In this document: piece after piece, positions 24,790 through 38,725 of the stretch | How the letters are laid out: every line of letters starts with the position of its first letter | Position numbering within the stretch: position 1 is the stretch's first letter | Assembly (NCBI GenBank): GCA_030390025.1 | Contig: CM059432.1 | Location: 111,044,001-111,108,000, forward strand | Direction: 5' to 3' | Length of the DNA stretch: 64,000 bases | Source of the DNA: Squalus acanthias | Lineage: Eukaryota | The notes under the pieces: model-generated | What the model was told of the DNA's origin: nothing | Databases searched by the model: none | The model's input: only the letters and a program-made list of their open reading frames with translations | Translations under genes and position numbers: made by a program

Positions 24790-27700
24790 AATTTGTTGGA
24801 AAAAATTCTGAGGGTGTAAGGTTTCCAAAATTTGCAGATCCCCAAAACCTAAGGAAAAAGGACTTTGGAACTACCTCAGAGTGACAATATGCATTTGAGC
24901 CTAACATAAGAGACTGTAAGACCAAAAACCAAGTTTTGGCATTTTAAAACATGTCTGGGCCTGTAAAGGGAGAAAAGGCTGTGAAGGAAGGTGGGAAGAA
25001 CCTCTGTAAAAGCAGTTTTGGGTATTGCAGTTAATTGCAATGTCTGGGGAACCGGGATGACCTCACTCAAAGCCCCAGCATGCATTAACATTTTGACAAT
25101 AGACCCTGGGAGAAGACAGTCCCACCCAAAACAATAGGTCCCATCAAACCGATTACAGGGCCCATCAAGAAACATGCATAATACAGAGCACCCAGGACTA
25201 GGCTATAGATCAGCCTAGGAACCCAAAACACAAAACCAATCACCAGCAATCAGCCAAGAAGATCGACAGGATGCGAACCATCCCAAAAATCCATTTGACA
25301 CTTACAGAGCAGTTACTGGTAGCAGGCCCGCCAAATTCAGACAATGAACTGAACAGATTTGGCGGGTAGATAAGGCCATATTCAATGGGTCAGATTGAAG
25401 GCCTGTTAAAACCCAGTTAACGTGCTAGTAAATCGTTACCGATTTACGAGCCCGCCAAAAGTAGACAATGAACTGAACAGATTTGGCGGGTAGATAAGGC
25501 CACTTCAATTCTGTATAATTGAAGGCCCACCAAGCACACACCAAGCTAGCAAGAAGAGAGAGAAACACCACAGTTCAGCGTTCGTTCGGTCGAGCAGTCA
25601 GTCGCAACCAGTGGTCATCAGAAGGAGGAGAGACCAAGAAGAAGAAGGCCCGAGCTGGAAGCGAGTCGGCATCGCTCACCACTCAGACACACCTGAGTCC
25701 AGCTCGTGAAGATACCACCTCGACGGACCTCCAACCACGGCCCCAACACAGTCACCCGGAGCAACAAGCAGCAACAAGTCACCGACGGCTCCACGAGGTC
25801 GACCGACACACCAACCAAGGCCTAAAGCCATCGCGGAAACCAAAGGCCTCACGAAACCAACAATCGCGCATTACCCCCAACTGACCGGGTAATCGCAGGC
25901 CACCGCGATCAACAAAGACCAACTCCAGGGAAGAAAACCCGAAGAATCGCAAAGTTTCCACGCTACAAACTACTCCTGACTTACCCCTGGGTAAGATTTT
26001 CCCCAAAGACTCTAAGCCCTACTGCTAAACTAAAGAAATTGGGTACTCACCAGATAAATCCATAATGACATCCTACCGCATCAGCGGACTCGCGAAGACT
26101 GACCAGAGAACCAGGTGAAGTCCTCTACCACGTACGGGGTACAGCAGACACTAACCGCCCTAAACAGCGAACCCCAAAACCGCGATTTAGCCCAACTGTC
26201 AAAGGATTGGTGAGCATTATCCCTGGTCCTTCAAAACCTAACTTAGCTAGTAAAGTGGGGTTGGGAGGAGTGAAGTATTGTTCTACTGTCATTTCCCTCG
26301 CTTGTACCGAAGTGTTCCCCACCTTTAGAGTGATAAGAGTGTTATTATTTGTGTCTTACCTTTTAATAAAGATTGAAGTTCTTTCATCAAACTCAGTTGT
26401 CTGCTGCACTTTTGTATCACAACCCCCAAATAAGTCCAAGGTCTAGAACCAAGGGAGTGGGAGCAATTCGAACTGCTCAGAAGTCAGAGGTAAAGCTGAC
26501 ACAAAAACACCACCCCCTACAAGGGACATTATTAATCGTCATTTAGAAAGGCACAGATTAATCAAGAACAGTCAGCATGGATTTGTTAAGGGAAGGTGGT
26601 GTCTGACTAAATTGATTGAATTTTTTGAGAAGGTAACAAGGAGGGTTGATGAGGGTATTGCATTTGATGTAGTCGATATGGATTTCAGCAAGGCTTTTGA
26701 TAAGGTCCCACATGGCAGACTAGCCAGAAAAGTAAAAGCCAATGGGATCCAAGGGAAAGTGACAAGTTGGATCCACAATTGTCTCAGTGGCAGGAAGCAA
26801 AGGGTAATGGTCAACGGATGTTTTTGTGACTGGAAAGCTGTTTCCAGTGGGGTTCCACAGGGCTCAGTAATAGGTCCCTTGCTTTTTGTGGTATATATCA
26901 ATGATTTAGACTTCAATGTAGGGGGCATGATTAAGAAGTTTGCAGATGATACAAAAATTGGCCGTATGGTTGATAGTGAGGAAGAAAGCTGTAGACTGCA
27001 GGAAGATATCAATGGACTGGTCAGGTGGGCAGAAAAGTGGCAAATGGAATTCAATCCGGGCAAGTGTGAGGTAATGCATTTGGGGAGGACTAACAAGGCA
27101 AGGGAATACACAATAAATGGTAGGATACTGAGTAGTGTAGAGCAACAGAGGGGCCTTGGAGTGCATGTCCACAGATCCCTGAAAGTAGCAGGACAGGTAG
27201 ATAAGGTGGTTAAGAAGGAATACGGGATACTTTACTTTATTAGCTGAGGCATAGAATATAAGAGCAGGGGGGTTATGCTTGATCTGTACAAAACACTAGT
27301 TAGGCCACAGCTAGAGTACTGTGTACAGTTCTGGTCACCACATTACAGAAAAGATGTGATTGCACTCGAGAGGGTGCAGAGGAGATTTACGAGGATGTTG
27401 CCAGGACTGGAGAATTTTATCTATGAGGAAAGATTGGATAGGCTGGGGTTGTTTGCTTTAGAACAGAGGAGGCTGAGGGGAGACTTGATTGAGGTGTATA
27501 CAATTATGAGGGGCCTAGATAGAGTAGATAGGAAGGACCTATTTCCCCTAGCAGAGAGGTCAATAACCAGGGGGCATAGCTTTAAAGTAATTGGTAGAAG
27601 GATTAGAGGGGAGTTGAGGAGAACTTTTTTCACCCAGAGGGTGGTGGGGGTCTGGAACTCACTGCCTGAAAGGGTGGTAGAGGCAGAAACCCTCATCACA

Positions 27701-27850
27701 TTTAAAAAGTACTTGGATATGCACTTGAAGTGCCGTAACCTACAAGGCTACGGACCAAGAGCTGGAAAGTGGGATTTTTTTTCGGCCGACACAGACACGA
27801 TGGGTTGAATCGCCTCCTTCTGTGACATAAATTTCTAGGATTGTATGATC
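24790..27850 (+). mobile_element. CR1 LINE 3' half (RT), split by the solo LTR
   Basis: ORFs 26612-27247 and 27275-27808 with RT motifs. Confidence 0.92.
24815..26521 (+). mobile_element. Solo LTR (~1.7 kb) inserted in a CR1
   Basis: Termini TGTAAGG...CCCTACA. 4-bp TSD AGGG at 24811-24814 and 26522-26525. AATAAA at ~26365. Removing it restores CR1 coding text 'LEKILRDIINRHLERH'. Confidence 0.85.
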
Positions 27851-27889
27851 CACAACTTTGTCACCTCTCTTACTTATCAACAGTGCCAG

Positions 27890-28150
27890 CAGACCAGAGC
27901 AGCACAATTCTAGAGATCCACCAGCTTCCTCAGAGTCCTGGATGCCATTCATTACATATATGTGGCCATTCAGGCTCCTGTGCACAATGCTCTTCCCTAC
28001 CTCAATGAAAAGGGTGCTTACTCCATAAATGTCAAGCTTGTCTGCATTGCAGACAAATGCAGGCAAATGCCCACATTCCTGACAACTCCCATGATGCCTT
28101 GATATTAAGGGAATCTTCTGTGCCCATGACATTCACCCATTTTTGCACTT
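27890..28150 (+). pseudogene. Old Harbinger transposase fragment
   Basis: Reads 'LDAIHYIYVAIQAPVHNALPYLNEKGAYSINVKLVC', comparable to 'GAIDCTHVALRAP...[16 protein letters not shown]'. Confidence 0.65.
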
Positions 28151-28842
28151 TACCCGTCTAGGATCTACAAAGCCTAGTCAGCAAACTCATATATTCTACA
28201 AAATTGCTGGCTACAAATAAATTCTTGTCCTTTTAAAGGGATTTAAATGCCTGTTAAGGCCCTTAATATGCTCATTAAAAACAGATTGCAGCCATGATCC
28301 AATGGGCTACCCATTTTACACTAAAGCGACTAGTATACATGGAAAAACCAGCAAGATTGCACCTTCTGCTGTGTACTTAACAATGCTCTCAAAGTAAAAC
28401 ATAGGCATCATTACTCCCTACTCACCACAAAGAACAGTCATTTCCAGGCTCCCATTGTTACTGGTTGAATTGCAGTAGTGCTGATATACAAGGAGCAAAT
28501 TTGGTGCCATTGTGTCCCAATCAGAGATTGCTTGATGTCAGAAAGTGTTATAGTGAAGAGCTGTTGTGATGAAGTTAGTGGTCATATCGTTTAATTATAC
28601 AGTGACCACCACCTATGCTGCTTTGTGATTTCAGCCTTTTTTCAATTTTGAGTTCATCAGCAGATGGAATGGTTTATCCATTAGAAGCAGAGTTTTGATA
28701 ATCAAATAGGAAGGTTGAATTTCAGAATAATTTAATACTCAACACTTTGTACCTGACAGTGATTTTCAAAGTTAAAAATATCATAAATAAAATGTAATAA
28801 TTATAGGTATTTGGAGTGTCAGTAGTTTTAAGCTGACTTATT

Positions 28843-30293
28843 GGGCTAAATCTTGCTGGAACAGGGCACCTTCACCAGTTAGACTTTTTCCTGCACCCTT
28901 CAGCTCGAAAATGTTTTGTGCTGTAACTTGCTGGAAGTGCGAGCTGGTAACGGGGGCAAGAAGGCATCTGGAACCTCGGTGAATGCCGGGACTAACAGGC
29001 TATCTCCTTAATCAATGAGATTTAAGGATTGAGAAAGAAACAAAGAAATAAAGAGAAGGGAAGAAAAATTGGATTAATAGAGAGAAAAAAAGAGATAGAA
29101 CGGAAAAGTAGAAACAAAATAACGGCCCTGAAATTCGTCTCTCCGGCTTGCCGCGGGGGTAAGGGTCGCGCGCGCACTTACCTACCGCGCCTGCCGTTGT
29201 GTTTTGGGCCCACGGGAACTTCAGCTCCTGGTCCTGCTCCAAGTGCCGGCGCGCAGTGTGTGCGTGTCCCAGGGGCGTAGTTAGTGCGATGCGTCCCCTG
29301 GGATCACGTGGGCCATGGTGAGCCAATGGCAGCAGACCATCTTTCATTCATAGATTTGACAGGAAGACCTGTCAAATCTGTGAATTGAAATCGGCCCCAA
29401 AAGAACAACTAAACTTAAAATTAATTTTTTTTAAAACCATCACATTTATAAAATAACTATAGTTAATTAAATTAACCACTTTAAACAAAAATTTAAATTT
29501 TTGAAAAAATTAAAATACTTTTTAAAAGTGATAAAAATAAACTTACCTTTCTTTAAAGTATCTAAAAAAGATAAAGCTGTTGAAAAAAAATTTAAATTAT
29601 ACTTAATTAACCACTTACCTTGTTGAAAATGGCTCCTGCGCCTCCTTTTTAAATGTGCAGGTTCTTCACTACTTACCCTCCCGTAGAAACCTGAAAAAAA
29701 ATCTAAGTTTGCTGCGTGCGCGCAGCCTCTACCACGCACGCGGTTCACCTAGGAACCGCCCCCTTGACCATACCGGAAGTTCCGGTTTCCCGCGCATGCG
29801 CAGTGTATGCAGGAAACCGGCACTTCGGGACGCATTACGGGTGAGTACGGACTGTGTACTCACCCGGGAAGGGCCGAATTTTTGGCCCAACATCTTAAAC
29901 TTGAAATTTTTAAAATCTCTAAGAAGAATTTACTACATGCAGGAATGAGATTGAACACTTTAAATTTTTTCCTTTCTGGGCCAGAGAGGTTGATTGGCAT
30001 TGCATTAACAATTGTCGCATTGTTAATAGGGTAATTATGCTTTTAATCACCAGCCTTAACTTTCTGCGGCGAGTTTAATGGGCAATTAATGTGCAAATCC
30101 AGCAATTTCTTAAAAATAACCAGGAGGTTAAGGGCGAGATATCGATTGTGCGAAGCAAACAGAGGGGCAACATAAATTGATCAATCAGTTCTGAAGATTC
30201 GTATCTCATGGCACATCTCTTTGTTGGCCGATTTGCGCATAATAGCGATGTGCATCATTGGCACACCATTATTTTTCCAGCAAGGTTTGGCCC
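28843..30293. mobile_element. Harbinger-type MITE (family B) hosting a MITE-A
   Basis: TIRs GGGCTAAATCTTGCTGGAA / TTCCAGCAAGGTTTGGCCC; 3-bp TSD ATT. Confidence 0.8.
29124..29888 (-). mobile_element. MITE-A copy (divergent subfamily)
   Basis: TIRs GGCCCTGAAATTCG / CGAATTTTTGGCCC; TSD AAC. AT-rich core homologous to 60-300. Confidence 0.85.
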
Positions 30294-30569
30294 ATTACCG
30301 TTCCTATACGTTACTATGTAATACCATACAGTAAAACAAAGAGTCCAGAGGTATCAAAACAGTTCTGTTTTCCTTCACAGCGTGCACATTCTGTTTTTGG
30401 GGTACATCTTCAACAAATTTCTGCCTTTCTTTTCTAACTTCTAGCTAACACCTTGTACTTGTTATTCTTACATTTCTCCATATCAGTTTTATTAAGGTAA
30501 TTGTTGGATTATACATTCCACAAATTGCTTCAAACTGCACAAAACTGCAGGATTATTCTCTGGAATATA

Positions 30570-32286
30570 CTCGTAGCCAAATTTGCTGATGATACAAAGA
30601 TAGGTGGGAAAGCAAGTTGTGAGGAGGACACAAAGGGGGAGAAATTCGGTATCGCCCCGTTTGGGGCGCAATTATCGACTGGGCGCAAAGTTTAGTGCCT
30701 GGCGCTAATTATCGCCTCCGACTGCAATCTTGGCTTCTATTGCCCCTGGAGGTGATTGGAGCGCTAAATCAGGTGCTACACACCTCTCTTAAGGCGCTAA
30801 CGCCGAGGAGCGAGGCGCTACCTCAGAGCGCTGGTGAAGCTCATGTGATGTCAGTCAGCAATGGAATGCAAACACACTGGCGCCGGCCAGTTCTTAAAGG
30901 GGAGGGTCGATCTTGCTCTCCATCCACACCCTGCTCATTGCAGCCTTGAATCTCGGTCTGGAGAGACCTGTACATCAAATCTGCTGGAAAGAACAATGGA
31001 GAGTCCCAGGGAAAGAGCTCAGAATGCAGCCCCCTAAGTCTCTTCTAAATCGATGCAAGGAAGGTCAAATCAAAATGAACCTGCAAAGTGCTGCTCAGTA
31101 CCCAAAACTCCTTCACACAGCGTTGAATCTCTCCAGAAGTCTCTCTCACTCTCTCAGAATGCATGGTGCAAAAATGTCGCCGACAAAAAAAGGCAGGAAG
31201 CGGTCGCCTTTAAATAATGCTCCCCCAGTCCCTTCCCGACTGCAAAACGCTCCCCTCAACCTGTCGTTGTTAGCGGCAGGCGGTAAGGCAGGGGGCGCCA
31301 CTCAATATCCGGTCCGGGGCATTGTACGCGCGACTGACGTCACGATCTGCGGGCGCAAGAGATCGTGACGGTAGTGTTTAGCGCCGCCGCAAAATGTCTG
31401 GTCAATTTCGCGAGTGGCGCAAACAGATTAAGTGAGTTGGCAAAATTTTGGCAGATGGAGTATAATGTGGGAAAATGTGAAGTTATCCACTTTGGTAGGA
31501 AGAGTAGAAAAGCAAAATATTATTTAAATGGAGAGAGACTACAGAATGCTGCGGTACAGAGGGATCTGGGTGTCCTCGTACGTGAAACACAAAAAGTTAG
31601 CATGCAGGTACAGCAAGTAATTAGGAAGGCAAATGGAATGTTGGCCTTTATTGCAAGGGGGATGGAGTATAAAAATAGGGAAGTCTTGCTACAGCTGTAC
31701 AGACTTTGGTGAGACCACACCTGGAGTATTGCGTACAGTTTTGGTCTCCTTATTTAAGGAGGGATATACTTGCATTGAGGCAGTTCAGAGAAGGTTCACT
31801 AGGTTGATTCCTGGGATGAAGAGGTTGTCTTATGAGGAAAGGTTGAGCAGGTTGGGCCTATACTCATTGGAGTTTAGAAGAATGAGAGGTGATCTTATTG
31901 AAACATATAAGATTCTGAGGGGTATTGACAGGGTAGATGCTGAGAGGATGTTTCCCCTAGTGGAGTATCTAGAACTAGGGGGCATAGTTTCAGAATAAGG
32001 GGTCTCCCATTTAAGACGGAGATGAGGAGGAATTTCTTCTCTCAGAGGGTCATGAATCTTTGGAATTCTCTACCCCAGAGAGCTGTGGAGGCGGAGTCAT
32101 TGAATATATTCAAGGCTGCGATAGACAGATTTTTGAACTACAGGGGAGTCAAGGGTTATGGGGAACAGGCAGAAAAGTGGAGTTGAGGCTAAGATCAGAT
32201 CAACCATGATCTTATTGAATGGCGGAGCAGGCTCGAGGGGCCGAATAGCCTACTCCTGCTCCTATTTCTTATGTTCTTATGTTCTT
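30570..32286 (+). mobile_element. CR1 3' fragment interrupted by an E-family MITE
   Basis: 'VAKFADDTKIGGKASCEEDTK' before the insert, 'LSELAKFWQMEYNVGKC' after it; TTCTTATG tail. Confidence 0.92.
30635..31424. mobile_element. E-family Harbinger MITE (right TIR deleted)
   Basis: Starts GGGGGAGAAATTCGG. Homologous to 53197-53560, to 57050-57350, and to the reverse complement of 60812-61704. Confidence 0.85.
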
Positions 32287-32884
32287 ATAAGAGCAGGGAG
32301 GTTATGCTTGAACTGTGTAAAACACTAGTTAGGCCACTCCTGTGTACAGTTCTGGTCACCACATTACAGGAAAGCTGTGATTACACTAGAAAGGGTACAG
32401 AGGAGATTTACGATGATGTTGCCAGGACTGGAGAATTTTAGCTATGAAGAAAGATTGGATAGGCTGGGGTTGTTTTATTTGGAACAGAGGAGGTTAAGGG
32501 GAGACTTAATTGAGGTGTATAAAATTATGGGGGGCCAAGATAGAGTGGATAGGAAGGACCTATTTCCCTTAGCAGAGAGGTCAATAACCAGGGGGCATAG
32601 ATTTAAAGTCATTGGTAGAAGGGTTAGAGGGGAGTTGAGGAGAATTTTTTCACCCAGAGGGTGGCGGGGGTCTGGAACTCACTGTCTGAAAGGGTGGTAG
32701 AGGCAGAAACCCTCACCACATTCAAAAAGTACTTAGATATGCACTTGAAGTGTCGTAACCTACAGGTCTACGGACCAAGAGCTGGAAAGTGGGGTTAGGC
32801 TGGATAGCTCTTTTTCAGCCGACACAGACACGATGGGCCAAATGGCCTCCTTCTGTGCCGTAAATTTCTATGATTCTATGATTC
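32287..32884 (+). mobile_element. CR1 3' fragment
   Basis: ORF 32377-32700; TTCTATGA tail. Confidence 0.9.
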
Positions 32885-32916
32885 ACTACTTTGCAGCTGT
32901 GAGCTATCAGATCAGC

Positions 32917-34131
32917 ATGAGTGCCACTTATGCGATTTTATTTTGGACCAAGATTACCAGCAGCAGGTAGAGCACCACTACTAGTAGCAGGAGCAGCAGG
33001 AAGATCACCAGCAGCAGGAGCAGCACCAGCAGGAGCAGCAACAGCCTGCTCCTCACAGACCTGCCGCTCCGCAGGAGGGGTTGAGCAGAGAGTTGCAGCT
33101 CACAGGAGGCCATACCTAGCACATAGGTTACACAGGCGGAGGATGAGCTTCCTCGACGTGTTGGAACACCAGTATGCCAGGAGGCTTAGGGTGTTGCATC
33201 AGGTGGTGGCAGACATTTGCAGCCTGCTGGAAGAAGACCTGCTGCCAAGTTGACCTGGTGGCCACACTTTACCAGTGGCTGCCAAAGGCACCACCGCCCC
33301 CAACTTATTTGCCTCTGGATCCTTCCAAGGCTCAACCAGAGACATTTACAGGATCTCGCAGTCGGCGGCCCACAAATGCATAAGACTGGTGACTGATGGC
33401 TTCTTCGCCAAGGCTGGCAATTATATACAATTTGCCACTGATGAAGCCAGTCAGAATGAGCGGGCGCTCGGTTTGCGGCTCTAGTTGGCTTCCCACAGAT
33501 GCAGGGCATCATTGACTTGCACGTATGTGGCAATTAAGGCACCCCCAGAACACCCGAGTATTCATCAACTGCAAGAGCTTCCACTCCATCATTGTGCAAC
33601 TGGTGTGCAACCAAAAAAAGATGTCTATGCAGGAGTGCGCAAGATTCACAGGCAGCTGCCATGATGCTTTCGTGCTGCGGCAGTCCACCCTCCCTGATCT
33701 CTTCGCACCTCGGAGCAGACTTAACCGGCTGGCTCGGAGACAAGGGATACCCACTTAAAAAGTGGCTGATGACACCTGTGAGGAACCCAACTAATGAGGC
33801 CCAGGACCGATACAATGAAAGCCATATGACAAACAGATGTGTCATTGAGCCTCCAATCGGCAAGCTGAAGTTACGCTTCAGGTGCCTGGACAGATCTGGA
33901 GGAGCCCTTCAATACGCACCAGACAGGGTCTCCAGAATGGTCGTGGTGTGCTGCTCTCTTTACAAAATTGCACAGCAGCAAGGTTTGGATCTTCAGGAGG
34001 AACAAGACTCAGAGCACAGAGCTTCTTCTTCGGAGGAGGAGGAGGAACGTGATGCCGCCAATGCACCAGCAGTGGCGCACATTGCTTCCCGGGATGCTCA
34101 GGATTCCCTCATTATTGCGAGGTTCAGTTAG
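32917..34131 (+). pseudogene. Harbinger B DDE transposase (frameshifted)
   Basis: '[25 protein letters not shown]', '[12 protein letters not shown]', '[16 protein letters not shown]', '[17 protein letters not shown]'. Confidence 0.9.
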
Positions 34132-34396
34132 GTTCCACCAGTGCACCTATGTGGCAACCACATGCAATACCCACCTCCCCCCGCCTCCCCAAAACAAAGC
34201 AGTCCTGCAAACAACCAAACATCCCTTCCACAGCCCCCATTGCTCGGCGTTCAGTCTTGTCTTACTATTCATCACAAGTGAAAAGACAACTTGCCAGCAG
34301 CAAAAATGGGCAACACGGTAAACAAATAATATTTATGTGGGTCAAAAATGAAACAGAACTTACCAATCTAACAATATGTAACATACCCTTGTGCAA

Positions 34397-36260
34397 CTAC
34401 AAATCTTTAATCTTCCTCTTCCTAGCACTTCTACGTGGTGCTACCCTGTGGCTTCAGCAGAGGTAGAGGCAGGCTGTTCAGATCCCTGCTCTGACTGCTG
34501 AGATGCTCTTGGCTGATGTCCGCTGGGTTTTGGAGCCCGTGAGGGCCCCATCAAAGACTGCTCCACCTGCACCTGTGCAGGGGCAGACTTGGCCATTGGG
34601 TGATGAGGTAACATGTGTGGCATTGACTGAGGAGGGGGCAACGGGTGAGTAGTGGAAACGCTTTGAGCCGAGTCCCTACTTCCATGTCTCCTTTCACCAT
34701 CATCCCTCTCATGGCCCACCCGCACTTCCCTGCTAGCACTGAGCTGGAGAATACTTTGCTGCAGATCAGTGGGGCAATGAAATGCCAAGGCTAGGGTATC
34801 ATTCATTCTATTTAAGGTGGCATTAAGAGTGTGCAAACCATTGGTGAGGGCCTGCATGCACTCGTTTGATTGCCGCGTTTGTTGCTCCATGCAGGTGGTC
34901 ATTCTTTCCATCGATGAAGATATCATCGGAAAGGCCTGCGACGTCATGCCACTCATGCTTGAGACGGACTCCTCCAATCTCTCTGCAATGGTGCACAGTG
35001 TGGCTGGAACGCCTGCCAGAATATCGCACATTCTCTGCTGCTGCTCAAGAAACATCCTGTTCGTCGACGGCCCCCGGGTTACAGCATCTGTGTCCAGCAG
35101 AGCAGAGCTTGGAGTGCCCTGTGGCCTCCAACGTGACCCCACCACTGTCCCTGTCCCCACTATCTGCTCTTGCTCACTTGTGATGTGTGAGTCACCAGGT
35201 TGAAACCCAACTACCTTCCTTACCGGTCCCACTGAAGTGTGAGTATCTGAGCTGGTGCATGATCTGCAAGAGTCCTGTGACGGTGCACTCTCAGAGAGAT
35301 TGACCTCCTCTGAGGAGTGGGCGGCGACCTGGACCACCTCCTGTGGGACGCTTGAAGGCCCCGTGGGAGATAAAAGACATGAATACATACTGTCCAGGTA
35401 AGAACGCTTGAAATTATCATTAAGCACACAATCATATTTCACTCGCTGCTGACATCAAGTCAGCATGACTGAGTGTTGTGTGCCATGTGGCTGTCTGAAA
35501 TTTAATTCTCTCACCAAGTAGATGGGAGGCCCCCATCTTTCCATCTCAAATGGTCAAGTACGCCGAGGCTCCACTGATCTCCAGCGCCTCCTCCTCTGCA
35601 GCTGTCAGTTGAGAGATGGCTGGAGGGCCACCTCCAGTTCTCTGCCTCTCTCTCGTGTTCTGTGCTCTCTTCTCCTGCAAGGGGGGAAAGAAGAGACCTA
35701 TGAGTGAGAGTAATGACATGTGTTGAAGGGATGGATGGAGAGCATTTGTTGAGGGTGACTATGAGGGAGAGGCATGACATTGCATAAGGATGAGGGTGAG
35801 TGTCAGTGGTGGATGTCAGTGGTGGATGTCAGGAAGTGCATAGACAGAGAGGGATGGGTGTACCTGCAAGCTAAGTGGGTGTGAGGAGTGATGTGCTGGA
35901 GTAGGCTTGAGAAGGCAGAGTGAAGGTTGGCGTGATGTGCACATTAGGATGTAGGTGAATGTGCCACTGTGCTCACCTTTCCTGTCCTGCCTAGGTCATT
36001 AAACCGCTTTCGGCATTGAATCCACGAGCGTGGCACCACAGTTCTGCTGCTCACCTCATGGGCAACCTCCAGCCATGCTTTCTTCGTTTCACCTGCAGGC
36101 TTCTTCCTCCCATAGTAGGGAAGAATATCTCCCTGCGGGCCCTTACAGCCCTCAGCAGTACATCCAGGGAGGAATCATTAAAACGCGGCGCAGACTTGGA
36201 ACATTGGAACGCCAATCTGACAGTTCCTTCTTCTGTTCTCCCACCTCCAGAATACATCAA
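34397..36260 (-). pseudogene. Harbinger B Myb/SANT-like gene (exon 1 ends 35977; exon 2 35674-35515; exon 3 from ~35361)
   Basis: 'APRFNDSSLDVLLRAVRARREIFFP'. Exon 2 'EKRAQNTRERQRTGGGPP' is 160 nt, as in copy D. Exon 3 ORF 34441-35442 is homologous to 50654-51538. Frameshifts and a mutated acceptor. Confidence 0.85.
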
Positions 36261-36482
36261 CTATCATCTTTGCAATGTCCCTTTAAATACTGGAGTTGAA
36301 ATCAACTCGTGCGAGTCGTCATCACGCCCGCTCAACCTAATTGGTCAGGAAACCTGGATGTCAGATGCAAATGCTGTGGCTGGGTTAAAAAGCCACTGAC
36401 AAATGCGCTGCACTTACTTCCAGGTTTCCCGCGTGCTACCGGACCCCCACCCCCAGTGGGTCGACAAGTAAAAATTCCCCCC

Positions 36483-37052
36483 GTAGAGTACAAAAGCCAG
36501 GAAGTTATGCTAAACCTATATAAAACACTAGATCGGCCCCAGCTGGAGTATTGTGTCCAATTCGGAAGGACGCAAAGGCTTTGGAGAGGGTACAGAAGAG
36601 ATTTACGAGAATGGTTCCAGGGATGAGGAATCACAGTTACGTGGATAGATTGGAGAAGCTGGGGTTGTTATCTTTAGAGCAGAGAAGGCTAAGAGGAGAT
36701 TTCATGAAGGGTTTTGATAGAGGAAATAAAGAGAAACTGTTTCCAATGGCTGTAGGGTCGATAACCAGAGGACACAGATTAAGGTGATTAGCAAAAGAAC
36801 CAGAAACGACATGAGAAATTTTTTTTTTACCCAGTGAGTTGTTGTTATCTGGAATGCACTGCCTGAATGGGTGGTGGAAGCAGATTCAATAATAACCTTC
36901 AAAAGGGAATTGGATAAATACTTGAAGAGGAAAATTTGCAGGGATATGGGGAAAGAGCAGGGGAGTGGGATTAATTGGACAGTTCTACCAAAGAGCCAGC
37001 AGAGGCACTATGGGCTGAATGGCCTCCTACTGTGCTGTATCATTCTATGATT
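36483..37052 (+). mobile_element. CR1 3' fragment
   Basis: 'EYKSQEVMLNLYKTLDRPQLEYCVQF'; TTCTATGA tail. Confidence 0.9.
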
Positions 37053-37054
37053 CT

Positions 37055-37460
37055 ATCCCAAGGTGCTTCACAGAAGCAGTATTGGACAAAAATTAATACC
37101 GCGTCAAAGAACAGGCATTGGGATAGGTGACCCAAAGCTTGGTCAAAGGTTTTGAGAGAGGGAGAGAGACAGAAAGGATTAGGGAGGGAATTCCAGAGCT
37201 GAGGGCCTAGACGACTAAAGGTACGACTGCAAATGGTGGGTCGAAGGAAGTTATGGATGCAGAAGTGACCAGATTTGGAGATAGGGAGGGGCAAAGCCAT
37301 GGAGGGATTTGAACACGTGGATGAGAATTTTAAAATCAAGGCGTTGATAGACAGGGAGCCAATGTAGGTCAGCAAATACAGTGGTGATGGGTGAACGGGA
37401 CTTGGTGCGAGTTAGAATACGAGCAGAAGAGTTTCAGATTAGCTTAAGTTTATAGAGAGT
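37055..37460 (-). mobile_element. L2 LINE 3' fragment
   Basis: Minus peptide '..TFSRLGPQLWNSLP'; homologous to 39380-39760 and 45680-45995. Confidence 0.7.
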
Positions 37461-37470
37461 GGAAGATGGA

Positions 37471-38725
37471 AGCCTAACAAATTTGATTGAATTCTTTGAG
37501 GAGGTAACTAAGTGTGTAGATGAAGGTAGAGCAGTTGATGTCGTATACATGGATTTTAGTAAGGCGTTTGATAAGGTTCCCCATGGTCGTCTCATGAAGA
37601 AAGTAAGGAGTTGTGGGATAGAGGGAAATTTGGTCGATTGGATAAGTAACTGGCTATCTCATAGAAGGCAGAGGGTGGTGGTGGATGGAACATTTTCGGA
37701 CTGGAGACCAGTTACCAGCGGTGTGCCACAGGGGTCGGTGCTGGGTCCTTTGCTGTTTGTGATTTTTATCAATGACTTGGAGGAGGGGACTGAAGGGTGG
37801 ATCAGTAAATTTGCTGATGACACCAAGATTGGTGGAGCAGTGGATGAGGTGGAGGGCAGTTGTAGGCTGCAAAGAGACATTGATAGGATGCAGAGCTGGG
37901 CCGAAAAATGGCAGATGGAATTTAACCCTGATAAGTGCGAGGTGATTCATTTTGGTAGGGCAAATTTGAATAAGGATTACAGGGTCAACGGCAGGGTTCT
38001 GAGGAACGTGGAGGAGCAGAGGGATCTGGGGGTTCATATCCACAGATCTCTGAAGGTTGCCACTCAAGTGGATAGAGCAGTAAAGAAGGCCTATGGTGTG
38101 TTGGCGTTTATTAACAGAGGGTTTGAGTTTAAGAACCGTGAGGTTATGCTGCAACTGTACAGGACCTTGGTGAGACCACATTTGGAATATTGTGTGCAGT
38201 TCTGGTCACCTCACTATAGGAAGGACGTGGAAGCATTGGAAAGAGTGCAAAGGAGATTTACCAGGATGCTGCCTGGTTTGGGGGGGAGGTCTTATGAGGA
38301 AAGATTGAGGGAGTTGGGGCTTTTCTCTTTAGAGCGGAGGAGGATGAGAGGCGACTTAATAGAGGTTTATAAGATGATGAGGGGGATAGATAGAGTGGAT
38401 GTTCAGAGACTATTTCCTCGGGTAGAGGCAGCTGTTACAAGGGGGCATAACTATAAGGTGCATGGGGGGAGATATAGAAGGGATGTCCGAGGTAGATTCT
38501 TTACTCAGAGAGTGGTTGGTGTGTGGAATGGACTGCCTGCTGTGATAGTGGAGTCGGACACTTTAGGAACTTTCAAGCGGTTATTGGATAAGCACATGGA
38601 GCACACCAGAGTGATAGGGAGTGTGATAGCTTGATCTTGGTCTCGGACAATGCTCGGCACAACATCGAGGGCCGAAGGGCCTGTACTGTGCTGTACTGTT
38701 CTATGTTCTATGTTCTATGTTCTAT
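37471..38725 (+). mobile_element. Young 5'-truncated CR1 with uninterrupted RT ORF
   Basis: ORF 37459-38634 (391 aa) has no stops; (TGTTCTA)n tail. Confidence 0.95.

Larger units (their letters stand above)
32885..36482. mobile_element. PIF/Harbinger transposon copy B (decayed; left end not seen)
   Basis: Transposase on +, Myb gene on -. Right terminus AAAATTCCCCCC abuts CR1 sequence. Organisation parallels copy D. Confidence 0.85.

Noticed and set aside
25519..25884. 121-aa ORF within the solo LTR
   Set aside because: Non-ATG start, low-complexity composition, no domain similarity; likely a chance ORF.
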